From Dimorphilus gyrociliatus (lineage: Eukaryota > Animalia > Annelida), in contig CAJFCJ010000006.1 in the NCBI GenBank assembly GCA_904063045.1, positions 310,001-374,000 of the forward strand: DNA of 64,000 bases, read 5' to 3'. Below are positions 24,001-36,579 of this stretch, piece by piece; position 1 is the stretch's first letter; each line of letters begins with the position of its first letter. The position numbers and the translations under genes are program-made. Below the pieces are notes generated by a model. It was not told the DNA's origin and did not search any database. It was given only the letters and a program-made list of their open reading frames with translations.

Positions 24001-24449
24001 GGGTTTGTCTTCCATGCGAACAAAAACGCTGTACGGAATCAGAAGATAAACCTAAGCCTCGACTGGCAGCCACAAAAAATCGATTAAGTAAAAGTGCCGA
24101 TCTGCTAGACAATGCCGTTCTATCCGAAGAGCTGGACATCTGTAGAATCGTTTTACAGGAGCTAGAAAATCATAGTGACTCTTGGCCATTTATTAAACCA
24201 GTCAATACATCTCAATTCCCTCAATACAAGCAAGTGATTAAGAAACCGATGGATCTCTCAACGATGAAGAGTAAACTTTGTCAGGGGTTATATTCAAATC
24301 GAAATGGTTTTTTGGGTGATGTTCGACTGATGTTCCGTAATTGCAAGATTTTTAACGAGGATGAGTCGGATGTTGGTCAAGCTGGTATAAATCTTGCGCG
24401 CTTTTTCAAACGCACTTGGAAACAACTAACAAATACTGGTTTTTCTTAA
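21099..24449 (+). CDS. BAZ2B: BAZ2A/B (Toutatis)-like chromatin remodelling subunit, 1116 aa, coding region uninterrupted
   Basis: MBD (LSHGWKRQT...DVTYVTPCAKNLRSMPDVTRYL), charged coiled coil, DDT (LLQIFEFIHTF), WHIM motifs (LGQDRYFRKYW, RNGWW...GVREHGL), two C4HC3 PHD fingers, and a bromodomain (SWPFIKPV, YKQVIKKPMDL, NCKIFNEDESDVG). Confidence 0.92.
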   Translation: MNYPWFLPTHPSLLAANFNGGSFPRPYLPPTGDFWRDLYSNQFLPQAYPVPTSSSASHYDSEPVQEESQPVKRAKVEDSPSKSSSSSSESSSSNDEEEEEEEQEEEEHEQEPEKEDQQQQQQQNSPPKPVSAFELPLSHGWKRQTKIKTINSRGIVGDVTYVTPCAKNLRSMPDVTRYLQKKGNGQLTKSNFTFSSRVKIGEFYDCREPNSESNQCLTAEDFKSLLESMSKRKKLSARRADQQRKLEEKRLLKLQRIEKQREQKELRAQQILQEKARRKEQMHAEALRKAQEKEQRRQKILLMKEKERERKRNCTLCCRALEARKKLEEKERLKIEKSEEHSKEIPRYVDDLTLKDSKPFPCFERVDEDFTAETFSCLLQIFEFIHTFADTLGLECLPSFCNLKDILTKRNACHPCIVHLVNFVKVDPGVPENAKITNVEVNETNVFEILQTVLDLRLTSSSPFHNTGNWTCLSVEEKSRVLACLMDELLVSRVLMAEIDRSVEDVAIARQNVILSNARLKTLKNGALKHVAESDHGSDSDSDGSEEENDAQMKWMRACRRVRGLELGQDRYFRKYWILSSAGGIFVEGIDTAEPDLSLSFSRDSSKTAIGSVSSPKSLSSGELTSKFFDTLQNLFPNIDTATEIRNWFSLLPRSSCQKESDSLEPSDNDQPLPLTDSVRNGWWRIEDAAKLHEFISCLNEKGVREHGLCSNLKVFEKEAFASLERSSAVLSGKLSSKLPKHNTLKREIVILEEVEALEEKICSSSLQVKGWQWPPKLSTSPFLVPLGSPLTPRKRYALDVARERLLALEANLEKRYLLPPLGTVAQDGEIPDGDSSALKAWRSSVSCARSVSALGVCIKELRDCVAWHKSIMRVSCQLCMKDEDEANLLLCDCCDKGFHTYCFIPPLESIPENDWFCHHCRAASKHLPKVCIACGKSEPKLVACHICSRAIHATCIRPSVLRLPRSWVCLPCEQKRCTESEDKPKPRLAATKNRLSKSADLLDNAVLSEELDICRIVLQELENHSDSWPFIKPVNTSQFPQYKQVIKKPMDLSTMKSKLCQGLYSNRNGFLGDVRLMFRNCKIFNEDESDVGQAGINLARFFKRTWKQLTNTGFS

Positions 24450-24639
24450 TCTTTTCTTATTACTGTTTATTATAATTGTACTCTTGTTAAGATGAAATTT
24501 TCTTACTTTTTTTGTTTTTGTTCTTGTAAACGAATGTTTTCCGAACTATACTTTTTCTTTTTCATTGAAGAATTAAATAGTCTTAAAATACTTTTAAGCG
24601 TAACTATGTTAAAGCTTGTTTTTATTAAGAAAGAAAATG

Positions 24640-27600
24640 CTATCTTTTAAACACATTTAGGGTTTTTTTCAAATTTGTCGACAATGTAGATCTGGAATCA
24701 TGTACATCTGCCTTATTCAAAAGGAGCTTACGGCGAACACGCAAAGTACACATCTTTCTATGTTTCTCCCAAGCGACCTTAGTTTGTAAACATTCACGTA
24801 ATTCTTCATCGTTCGGATAGGGAAAAATCTATGGGATTATATAGCGTAAATAATATATTAAACATTGCCCTTAATGAAAACAGTACAAACCTCTTTTCGA
24901 AGTCTAACTAGTAACTGTTCGGAGGCATGTTTGACAAACAACTTTTTGTTTAGCATAAAGCATTCAGCTCCATTGCTAATTATGCTGAAACTTGGTTGTT
25001 TACCAAATAGAATATCGGCTAATCCCTATAAAAAAAGACAATAAGCAAAGAATTTATCAAATGAATGATTCGCTTTTGTTTAAATTAATTATGTGGCACA
25101 CACTAACAAACACGCTTCCTTTCGTCAGAGTTTGCACATTGACAAATTGCCAATTTAATCCTTGATACTGTTCAGTAGGGGAGTGGCAGGTTGCTATTTC
25201 TGTGATATGATAGCTCTTAAATATTATATCTTATGAAAGCCAAAAAAAAAGAAACCTATCTCGTCTTCATTCTCATCGCTATATTCATTGTCACTTTCTT
25301 CATCACTTTCTTTTGCACCTAAAGCTACGGCTCTTAGCGAGCTTCTAGTCAGCACTGGCCCCTAAATTATAAAAAGTCTAAACTATACATAAAAAGCTTT
25401 CTCATTCTGAAGACTAACTTGGAATAAAAGACTTACATTAGGAAATATTTTTACCACATTCTTTTCCATAAGAGATTGTTCTTCCTGCTGAGATTCGAGT
25501 AACGACATTCTCTTTTCAAGCTATAGAAAAATTAGCTTTAGTTAGCAACGGAACTAAATACATAAAAGTATATTTCTTTCAAACAAAGCCACAGCTTGTA
25601 CCTTTCGATGTCTCCTAAACGCTCGGTGATAGGAACTTTGAACTGCAATCCGAATTTCCGGTAAAGGTTCTAATTTTTTACGTACTGTACTGAAGGACTC
25701 TTTTTCCTCCATTTGACGCTCTAAATTTTGCTTGTGTTCTGTTTGCCGTCGATTTGATAATAACGATCTACTAATTGATGTTTTTGAAAGAAGCCCTTCT
25801 TTATTCTTCTTATCCCCTAACCTCTTTAATACAATACAGCTACCCTGAAATGTTTTTAATTACGTCATTATATTTTATAATACGGTTTATAAAGGACAAT
25901 AAATCAGTCATAATTTAAGCTCTGCTTAATACCTATAATTTATTAGTTTATTTACGATCAATTGATCGCTTCTGCCAAGTGTCCTAAACTCTTTGAAATC
26001 CCTTTTTAATAGAGAGATAAGGACGTTTGACAGACTGTAGGACTTAGGAGGAAAATACAGTCTGCTAAAATGAAAAAAAGGTTTCAAATGCAACATAGAG
26101 GATCGAGTAAATAATTCAATACGTTAGTTGTAATTTAATTGCAATACAACTACTTAACTCGAAGGAAATTCACTCGAATATGAACGGAAAGTTTATAGAT
26201 GATAAAGTCTCATAAAAACAAAGCGTTATAAATTTCTTTTTAATGTATATGGGATTAAAATACTTTTGGAAGTCATTTTGCGAAATTTCTCTTGAGAGAT
26301 AGCGTTGACGCCAGACTCGTTCTACCCAGTGGCCATATTGGATTATGTTACAAATACTTCATACAAAGAAAATTAGGAATGGTTATTTAATCTAATACCT
26401 AAATTTTCAGGTCAACTTGAGAGAAAATTTCTCGGTAAGTCTCTGAAAGGGCAAGTTAAGATAAAAGATATTGCATTGAATGATCTTTTGGAAACAGTTC
26501 AAGCGTAAATAATAGACCACTTGAACGAAAATTAACAGGCTTAAATTATAATAAAAAAATTACTTATAATCTCTTTTTTGCGACTTAAAATGAGCATTAC
26601 TGAACAACAGAAATTTAAAAAATATAATATTTCGTATCAAAAAACAGAAACGTGAAAGAAAATTATTATTCAATTGAACTATTTGATATACTTGTATCAG
26701 ACTTGAAAGATTAAAAGTAAAGGAAAACATTTTGCAGTACAAACCTTAAAAAATAATAAAAGTAGCATTTTAAAAATTGCATCTCTTTATGATCTTTGTG
26801 AGTAACGGCTATGTTGTAGACTTTTACACAGGATAAATAGTAAAAAAATTACGAAATAAGCTATTTAAATAGGTCTATTATTAAATCTAGTATGTACTAA
26901 AGATAATTTTCTTTACTTATAAAGCAATTAATAAACTTTAAATGAATAAGAATTCAGATAGCTGACTTACTGATTTAATGAAATACAACCACTCGCAGTC
27001 TCTAGTATCTTTTACAACTACTGTTCCTCTTCTGCAACAAAGAAGTAAGAATGTAAATTCTAACTCGTTATTTGAAATTTTTGCATTAGCTTGATACTCT
27101 TACTTAAAAAATGACGAGACAACTTTCTTAGGATTGAACTGTAGGATTTCAAGTGGCCAACCATGTAGATATTTTATGTTCCTGTATGTTTTACAAAGAT
27201 TTTTGTTTTTAACATCCTTTTTTGTAAGTGAATAAGAAACGAAAAACTGATTGTTAAATTGCAGTTGAATTTCTAAAAGGAAATGTATGCTTACGAAAGG
27301 AAAGAATCATTGAGCTTAAGATCTCCACCTGCCATAAAAATGTCCATAAAATCTTGACTTGATAAGCATAAAAATTCTACTGTTTCTTTTGAAACAATTG
27401 TTGTAGATCTTTTTGCTCGATTAATTATTCCTAATTCTCCAAAGCTATCTCCCCTATTTAAGAAACATACTGTCTTATTAACATCGTCTTTTCTATCGTA
27501 GACGGTCACGAGAACTACATAAAGGGTAAATACAATTTCAGACTTAGTTTAATATTTCATAACGATTGGTAAACAGTTTTCTACCCGATCCTGATAATAT

Positions 27601-28672
27601 GATATAAAAGCTCTGAGCTGGGTGTCCCTCTCGGAGTACGATTCTCTTCGCATTATAACTGTGAAATAGGCCTAAGGTTATTTCTTAAAGTCTTTAGTTT
27701 TCTTTATTAAAGCAATAAAAAAAATTTCTACCTCTCGTACCATGCCCTTCTAGCAATCTCACTTTGCATTGATATAGGATATTCACAAAGAGATTTATAA
27801 TTTCTCATCAATACTTTGATCTGATTTATTATAAAAGATGTTAAAGGGGAGGAATAGCGTTGAATAAAGTTTTTTTACATAATGTCGGTCGTGTTCACTT
27901 CTTTCATCTTGCTTCAATTGCAAAATTCGTCTAGCCTCGGAAGATATATTGCTCTAAAGATTAACAAGATTAATTTATTATATTATCTATTAACGAAAAG
28001 AAAACATTTTTTATTTACATTTTTATGAGGTTTAAAAATAGAGGCATCAAATAAACCCTCTTCTGATTTGATAGATTCCTCTTCCTCTTCTTTTGCATCA
28101 ATTATATTAAGTGAATCGTACTTGTTCAGCACGGATTCGACACTGATTTAAAGATAACAGAAGAAGTTTTTAAACATTATATTATAGGAGATAGTCAACT
28201 TAAACTTATTTACCCCATAGCCTGAGACTTCCATAAACGATACAGAGCACAAAATACTTTGACAATTCTTCTTAATTTCTTAAGAGTCTGCTTAGCTCCA
28301 TCTCTATTACGTTTTCGCAAACGACTATTTTTCTTGCTAGTTGTGTGTTTCAAAGAGTCGTAATTATCGTCTAAATAATGGTCACTTTCTTCATCGTCTG
28401 TACTCGTGAATTGAGTGCTATCTCTTCGAAAAGACTGAAAGGGCAAATTGTCAACATACTCTCCACTTGTCTTCTTTTTCTAGTAGTTTTCATTTAAATT
28501 TACACAAAATGAGGTTTAGAAGATGAGAAAAATAAAAAGAAAAAACGTTTACCCTTTGAGCAATTGATTCTGGACCCATACGACGTAGTATATCAAGTAA
28601 ATTCCTCCGCTTAATCTCATAGTCGTCACCAATGAAAGATAGCTGCCTATGACGATTTCCTCGCTGAGACAT
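24640..28672 (-). CDS. CNBD2: Cyclic-nucleotide-binding-domain protein (CNBD2-like), multi-exon
   Basis: Phase-consistent exons give LFDASIFK, RIVLREGHPAQSFYIILSGS, FLNRGDSFGELGII, LHGWP, RGTVVVKD..WLYFIKS/GSCIVLK, VQTLTKGSVF/GLADIL, SIISNGAEC and FPYPNDEEL..W. Stop at 24640. Confidence 0.8.
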
Positions 28673-30112
28673 TTCAAATAAATATAAATTTTTAAAAATG
28701 TCAAGTAAAAGGAAACTAATTTCAAAGTAGAAATGAGTTCTCAAATAAAAGTAAACAACTGTGAAATGAAACTTGTTGCGGAGAGATTAGAAGATTAAGT
28801 CTTTTCGAAAGAATTAAACTTACGCATGAACAATTGCATTGTTTAAAACCGATCAACTACTTTCCTAAAAGACTAATGGGAGACGAATAATATGTCAGCA
28901 AATAGGCTTGATGAGTAATAAGGCCTAATACTGCTTCTCATTGGGCCTTAACACCTTTTTCTAATTAAGAGAATTATTAAATTATATAAGTGAAATGAAA
29001 GTGTACATTGTATTTTTATTCTTGATGCAATATTCGCTAAGAAGATTACTTAAGTGAAAGACGATACAAAATGTATTAATTGATTAAAATACTCTTATTT
29101 ATTGTTATGGGGCCTATAAAAACGTTTGTCTTTATTAGTTTGTATAGTTTGTATAGTAAATAACCTTTAAGGTTAAGTTAATTCCTTTCGTTGCCCTAAA
29201 ATCGATTTGTAGGGGAAAACGTACTTGATTAAGATTATAAGTGTCAAAGCTAGAGGCTACAATAGTCAGGAAAACACTGCTATAGGGTAAGGATTCATTG
29301 TCCTATATGTTGTAAGTATGATGCAGCATAAGGCACACGATTTTCGAATCCAATGCCATCTGTTGTTTATTAATTGCGTTACTAATATAATGGTTTATGT
29401 GCAGCCAATTTCGTCCATGGTTGTCTCTCGAAATTTTCGTCTAATTAGATCTTAATTCATGTTAGATTCCTGCCAAATATATCAATAATTAAATAATACA
29501 GGATATGTTGAAACTATCTTTGTTAATTTTGTAAATGGAAGCTGTTGTTAATGGTCAAGCGTGCGTTTGCTTATTTTTTGTTTTAAGTAGTATCAATAAT
29601 AGGAGAATTTGATTTAATAATAATAAGAATAAACAAGTTAATTAATCTATTTTATTTTTTAGATAACCTTTTTGTGATACATGTATAATCTAATAATTTA
29701 TCGATTTGATTCTGCATTTAGTAGGCGGAACCATACAACAACTAATTTTAAACTATTTATCGATATATAAGCATTAGAATTATTGTTAATGTGTACTAAA
29801 TAATAATATAGAATTCATCACTACAAAGTTAAATATAATTAAAAATTGGCCTAAAAATCTTACATTAGGCTGAATTAGATTATACCCAATTGTGTGCTTG
29901 TTTTTTATCAAAGTGAGACTATCAAGAGTCAGAGCTATTTTAATTACATTTTGTCTTTGGCTATTGTAACGAATAAGATCTTAAATTAAAAATAGAACTT
30001 CCATTTTTAAATGAAAAAGATCAATATTGATTAAAATCAAATGTTTATTCATATTATTTTTTTAAAGCAGCTGCCAACATTTGAAGCCATTTAGTTTTTA
30101 AATATTTTTTGA

Positions 30113-31705
<1,593 letters not shown>

Positions 31706-32555
31706 TTTTTTACAGATTATTTCATTCTTTTGACAATATTATCAATACTTTGTCATTGGAGTTTTGATTTGGTGGGCTTATTCGCATTTAATATTTAATA
31801 TTCAATTGAAAATTCGGTTCAACGTTAAAATTTCGTATTTGGAAAAAGGAAACGCAAAATGGGGACATCTGCAGAAAACAAAAACTAACTATAATATTTC
31901 ATTAGGCAAAAAATGTAATCTTTGTCATAGAAAATATAATTTCCATATAAATATATTATTTATTCCTCTTGAAGGCAATATATTTAAAAGTTAAATTCCA
32001 TTAAAAGAAAGAAATAAAGAAATAACAATCTTAATTAATGTGGGGATTTACTGGCGTAATAGAGGATATTATAAAATGAGAAAGGGCAAAATCGCTTTGT
32101 TTGTGAATCACTTAGTTTAGGATGAGTAACAAAAAGCTATTTTGACAGTATAGATGGGGTATTATTCTGAGGAAAGATAAATATGATTACCCAGATCGCA
32201 AACGCCATCTAGTGTGTTACTATGAAATTTATGTACAACGATGACACAAAAGTTATTGATTTGCAGATTTCGCTCATTCAATTTTGACGTCAACACCCTA
32301 TTGTCGCTCATTGGAACTTTAATTTATTACGACTTAGCGGTATTGAAAATCGTAAAGAATATTCCTTAGATATTTAAAATAGGTAAAATAATTCTGACTT
32401 ATTTGAAGTATTTAATACGTCAAATAGAAATTAATAATCAAATCTCTTTCGCCAGTCACGCTACACATTACGAGCAGAACAGATGTACGATTTTCGAAAC
32501 AGCAGCATTATCAATTTTTCGTAATTCTTGCAGCAATCTCAATTTAACACTAAAT

Positions 32556-33289
32556 ATGGGTTTTTTAAGAATCACGTGGAGAATAATCCAATTCTTACTG
32601 ATCAGTGTTATATGCTACGACTGCTATGCAAGTCAGGGAATCTATAGTAAGTACAGTTAAATTATGTGTTAAATTGCTTATTTAACTAATTTTTTATTCA
32701 ATTTCAAGAATCAAAGACTTATTCTATTCTGAAAAAGGCGGGTATAGTATCTTTTTGTAACGAAGGGTATAAATACGCCTCATCTTTAACATATAAAACG
32801 GCGACGTAAGTGTGAAAAATAAATCTTTCTTTGTGATTTATAAATAAATGTTTTTCATTGATTTTCCATATTTTTCGGATCAATATTTTTAATTAGGTGG
32901 TGCCAGAAAAATGTTCCACAATGGCTTAAAAAATGTACCACCGTTGTGACGCCTTATCTAAACGACTTTTGGAGTTGGTTACGTGAGACTTCTATACATC
33001 TCTTCCAAGTTTCAGCTCCCTATCGAAAAGTATTTTTCGAGAAGCTAGCTTTCTTTTTCTTATGGGTATATTTTTGATAAAATTATATAATATTTTCTTA
33101 GAATTTATAATAGAACTATGAAATTTCTTTTAATAGTTTCAAGAGAGTGTGCTCATTTTGATGGATCTTATATCTCCCTATGTGAAAATAACTCTGGAAT
33201 TTCTCGAATATTATGGAAAGATTATATACGCCTACGTCAGCGATATTGTTTTCCATTTAGGAGCAAAATTACAGGAAATCTTTAAATAA
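32556..33289 (+). CDS. Short membrane protein resembling the C-terminal part of TMEM214
   Basis: Exons 32556-32646, 32709-32805, 32897-about 33029 and 33137-33289. They give MGFLRITWRIIQFLLISVICYDC..SKTYSILKKAGIV..TATWCQKNVPQWLKKCTTVVTPYL.., which tracks the recalled TMEM214 segment (WTRLLLLL..LCHDL..SLTGRLLRSSG..YSWL..TLPLW..LLTVVRP). The third donor is ambiguous. Confidence 0.55.
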
Positions 33290-33504
33290 GCCGAGAAAAA
33301 TTCAATTCCAGAAATATTTTTTACATCATCCGAGAATTTTTTAGAAGATGCTTGCCATTATAAAATTTAACGAAGCTTTTATCTTAGACAGAGTTAACTA
33401 TTATGAAGAGTTTTGGTGTATCAAAATCATTTTCTTTTGCTCAAAAACTTATATTGTTGTGACATATATTTTAGTTTTTTAGAAGAACTACAAATAAACT
33501 ATAT

Positions 33505-35210
33505 TTATTGTCCACCAAAAAGTTTTAATGTGTTATTATATATAATATCAGCCAACGAAATAATATCTTCCTTCCTAGTTTCTGCGAGGACTTCTAACAC
33601 TTGGCTAATACGAAATTAACAATAAATAATTTGTTAATGAATGCAATATAAAATATATATTATAAATGGTTAACATACATAATATTGCAAGGTTCATTTC
33701 GACCCTTTATATGTAGACCTTTCTGCCATTTTTCTTTCTTTACTGACTTGAATTTGGTTTTTACGTATTGGCTGCTAGCATGAGTTGCTTTTATTTCGCA
33801 CCATGGTCCATCTGTTAGGAAAACAATTAATTGTTGTTTTTCTTTTCAATAGTATAAAGTATGCTATTCAGAATTATTATTGTTAGTTAAACCTGTTTCA
33901 ATCAATAGTCTATTGGTCGGAATCGTTAGCATTGCATCTATATTCTCTTGTAATTTTAGCGAGCTATAATTGACAACGCTTTATAAATATAAAATCTCTA
34001 AGAATATAGACATATATATATATTTTATACCATCCGTTAATGCTAATATAAAGATCTTCAGCTATGTAACTTGCAGCTTCCTCCTTTGTACCTGTAAACG
34101 AATGTACAACTCCACCAGACTTCATTTTATGTTTATTCCTTCTCAAAATAGTTAGAAAGTCATCGGCAGCTGCTCTACAATGTAAAAACATTGGTAACCC
34201 ACTTTGTTCCGCTAAATCAAATTGCCGTTCAAAATATCTTCATTGAAAAGAGACATCAAATTAGGATATAGGAGGTACTAATTGTTTAAATAAGATACTC
34301 ACTGTAATTGAATATCCTTGGGGCAAAAAAATAATCTATCATAATCTGAAACATAATAAATGAGTGAATTATCGAATCTTTCTTTCTATACTAATAATAA
34401 AACGAACCTAAACCACACTCTCCAACAGCTACAACTTTTTCCCTATTCTCTTTAATTAAATCTAATAGGGATTTAAAATAGTTATCAGGATCTTTTGTAA
34501 ATTCTTTGCACCTAGTTGGGTGACATCCAACAGTACAATATAAATTTTCTGTTAATTTAATTAAAGAAATTACTTCATTTATCATATTAACATTATCTGC
34601 TAACAATACCATGAGATTTAGCTAATTCTAAAGCCCTTTTACTATCCTTCAATGATCCTCCGGTAATGTACATCTACATGAATATACACAAACAAATAAA
34701 ACATATTGGATTTTAAATTTTCTAACGAACTTTTTGCATCCCATTGCTCCATGCTCTATCAAGAACATCTTGCAAATCACCTAAAAGTATAATAAGGTAA
34801 CGATGCTTTAAAAATTTAAAACTATTTATAAAACTAACCATCGTGATGTTTCTTTCCATGATAAAAACCTTGGTACATTCCATCTATTGAATAATAGTTG
34901 TGCAATTATGTTTTCAACTGGTTGTGCAATTTTTATAAAATTTATAATTTAGTTCTAAAACTTAAGATTAAAAAAATGATAACTTAAAATAATATAGAAT
35001 AGATTTTCAAACATTTCATTAATTTCAATTTATAAAATAATAACTTTATAGCCAAAAATAGCTAAATTTTATTATGAGGTTTTATCCATACCTGTCAAGT
35101 TTATTCCTATGTCTGAAAATTTGTATAAAGTTTTTAAAAATAGCTTATTAAACTAAATTTAATAGAAATTGGTACTTGCCAATGAATTTAAATCTTGCTA
35201 CGTCTGACAT
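33505..35210 (-). CDS. TATDN1: TatD-family deoxyribonuclease TATDN1
   Basis: Spliced peptides [23 protein letters not shown]..., [72 protein letters not shown]. The first intron has a GC donor. Confidence 0.95.
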
Positions 35211-36579
35211 GGCTCTCTTCATTCGATCTAGCAGAAGAAATTTCACAATAAATTTTCTCGAATTGTTCATCCTATTTTATCGTGAACACAGGGTTTTATA
35301 TGATTTAGAAAACAAAAATACACCCTAACAAGATATTAAAATGTTCAAGCAACTTTACAAAATAAAAAGTGTATATTTTATATATGCTTAAGTTACAAAT
35401 CCCTAAAAATATTATTAGTTAATTAAAGTTGAGTTTAGCAAGAAAGTTATGCACAAAAAGACGTACCATTTCTTATTCTTTACACTGATCTTTTCATATA
35501 AAACATTAAAATTCTTTTTAAATTGCTGAGATTACCGTATCTTTACTTTCTGTGAATTTTATGAAATTTGCTTTTAAATGTTATAAATAGACTATTTTTT
35601 CGGAAAAGAGAAAAAACCCATACGACGCAAATTTTAAAATTGTTAATTTAGAAAATGAAAATTTTTGTACGAAAGTAGATTAATTATGATCACTTCCTGG
35701 AAACGTCATTCGCGCCTAATTCAGCATCAACAATATTTATTCAAAGAAAGAAAAAAAACATTTCGCAAAGGTAGAGCTTTTTATGATTTTCTCCTAAATT
35801 ATGTTTATAAGATAGAAAATAATTAATAGTTTTTGGTTATTATAAAAGTTTACATATTTGTGCTTTTTTAATTATTAGAAATTAGAAAGCGTCTAATTAG
35901 CCACAGTATTAGGCTTCTTGTATTGTAATTTAATACTGTTGAAAAGGACGAAATTTAAACTTTGTTATTTTTGTGCGTATATATTTTGAATTTAGCGGCT
36001 ATTAAACAGCATTAGCTTAGTCGATCGCGATATATATAGAATTAATTTAATATTACCCAAAGCAAATTTGTACTGTCATACACGTTCAATATATGTGTAT
36101 TCAGTAATTCTGAATATTCAGTATCTTTTTACAACGACTTCTGAAAATAAAACCTTGTCAAAGCTATTGTGTATTTAATGATTATTGAAGAAATATACCA
36201 AGGCGTAGATTATTAAGGGGCTAACCTATCCCTTTTTCAGTTCATTCACAACAGTTAATGGAGTAGACTATGAAATCAACAAATGCAAAAAAAGTATGTA
36301 ATTTAACATCTCTCATTTGTGAATTAAATCTTAAAAATGCTTTTATAAACAGCTTCCTCAGTTGCCGAAAGTTCCTGTGACCGAGTTTGCAAGAAGTCCA
36401 AGCGATCGTTGGTGTTTTAGTTCGTTCGTTTAATAGATTAATCAATTAGCCTTTAAATTACAGTGTTTTGGTTAGAGAAGAGTAATACAGGAGCAGTTAA
36501 TGCATGTCGACAATTAACAAATGTAGGGTGCTGTTTATCTACTTTAATTATATTGTATGCGTATCTGTAATGTTGACAG

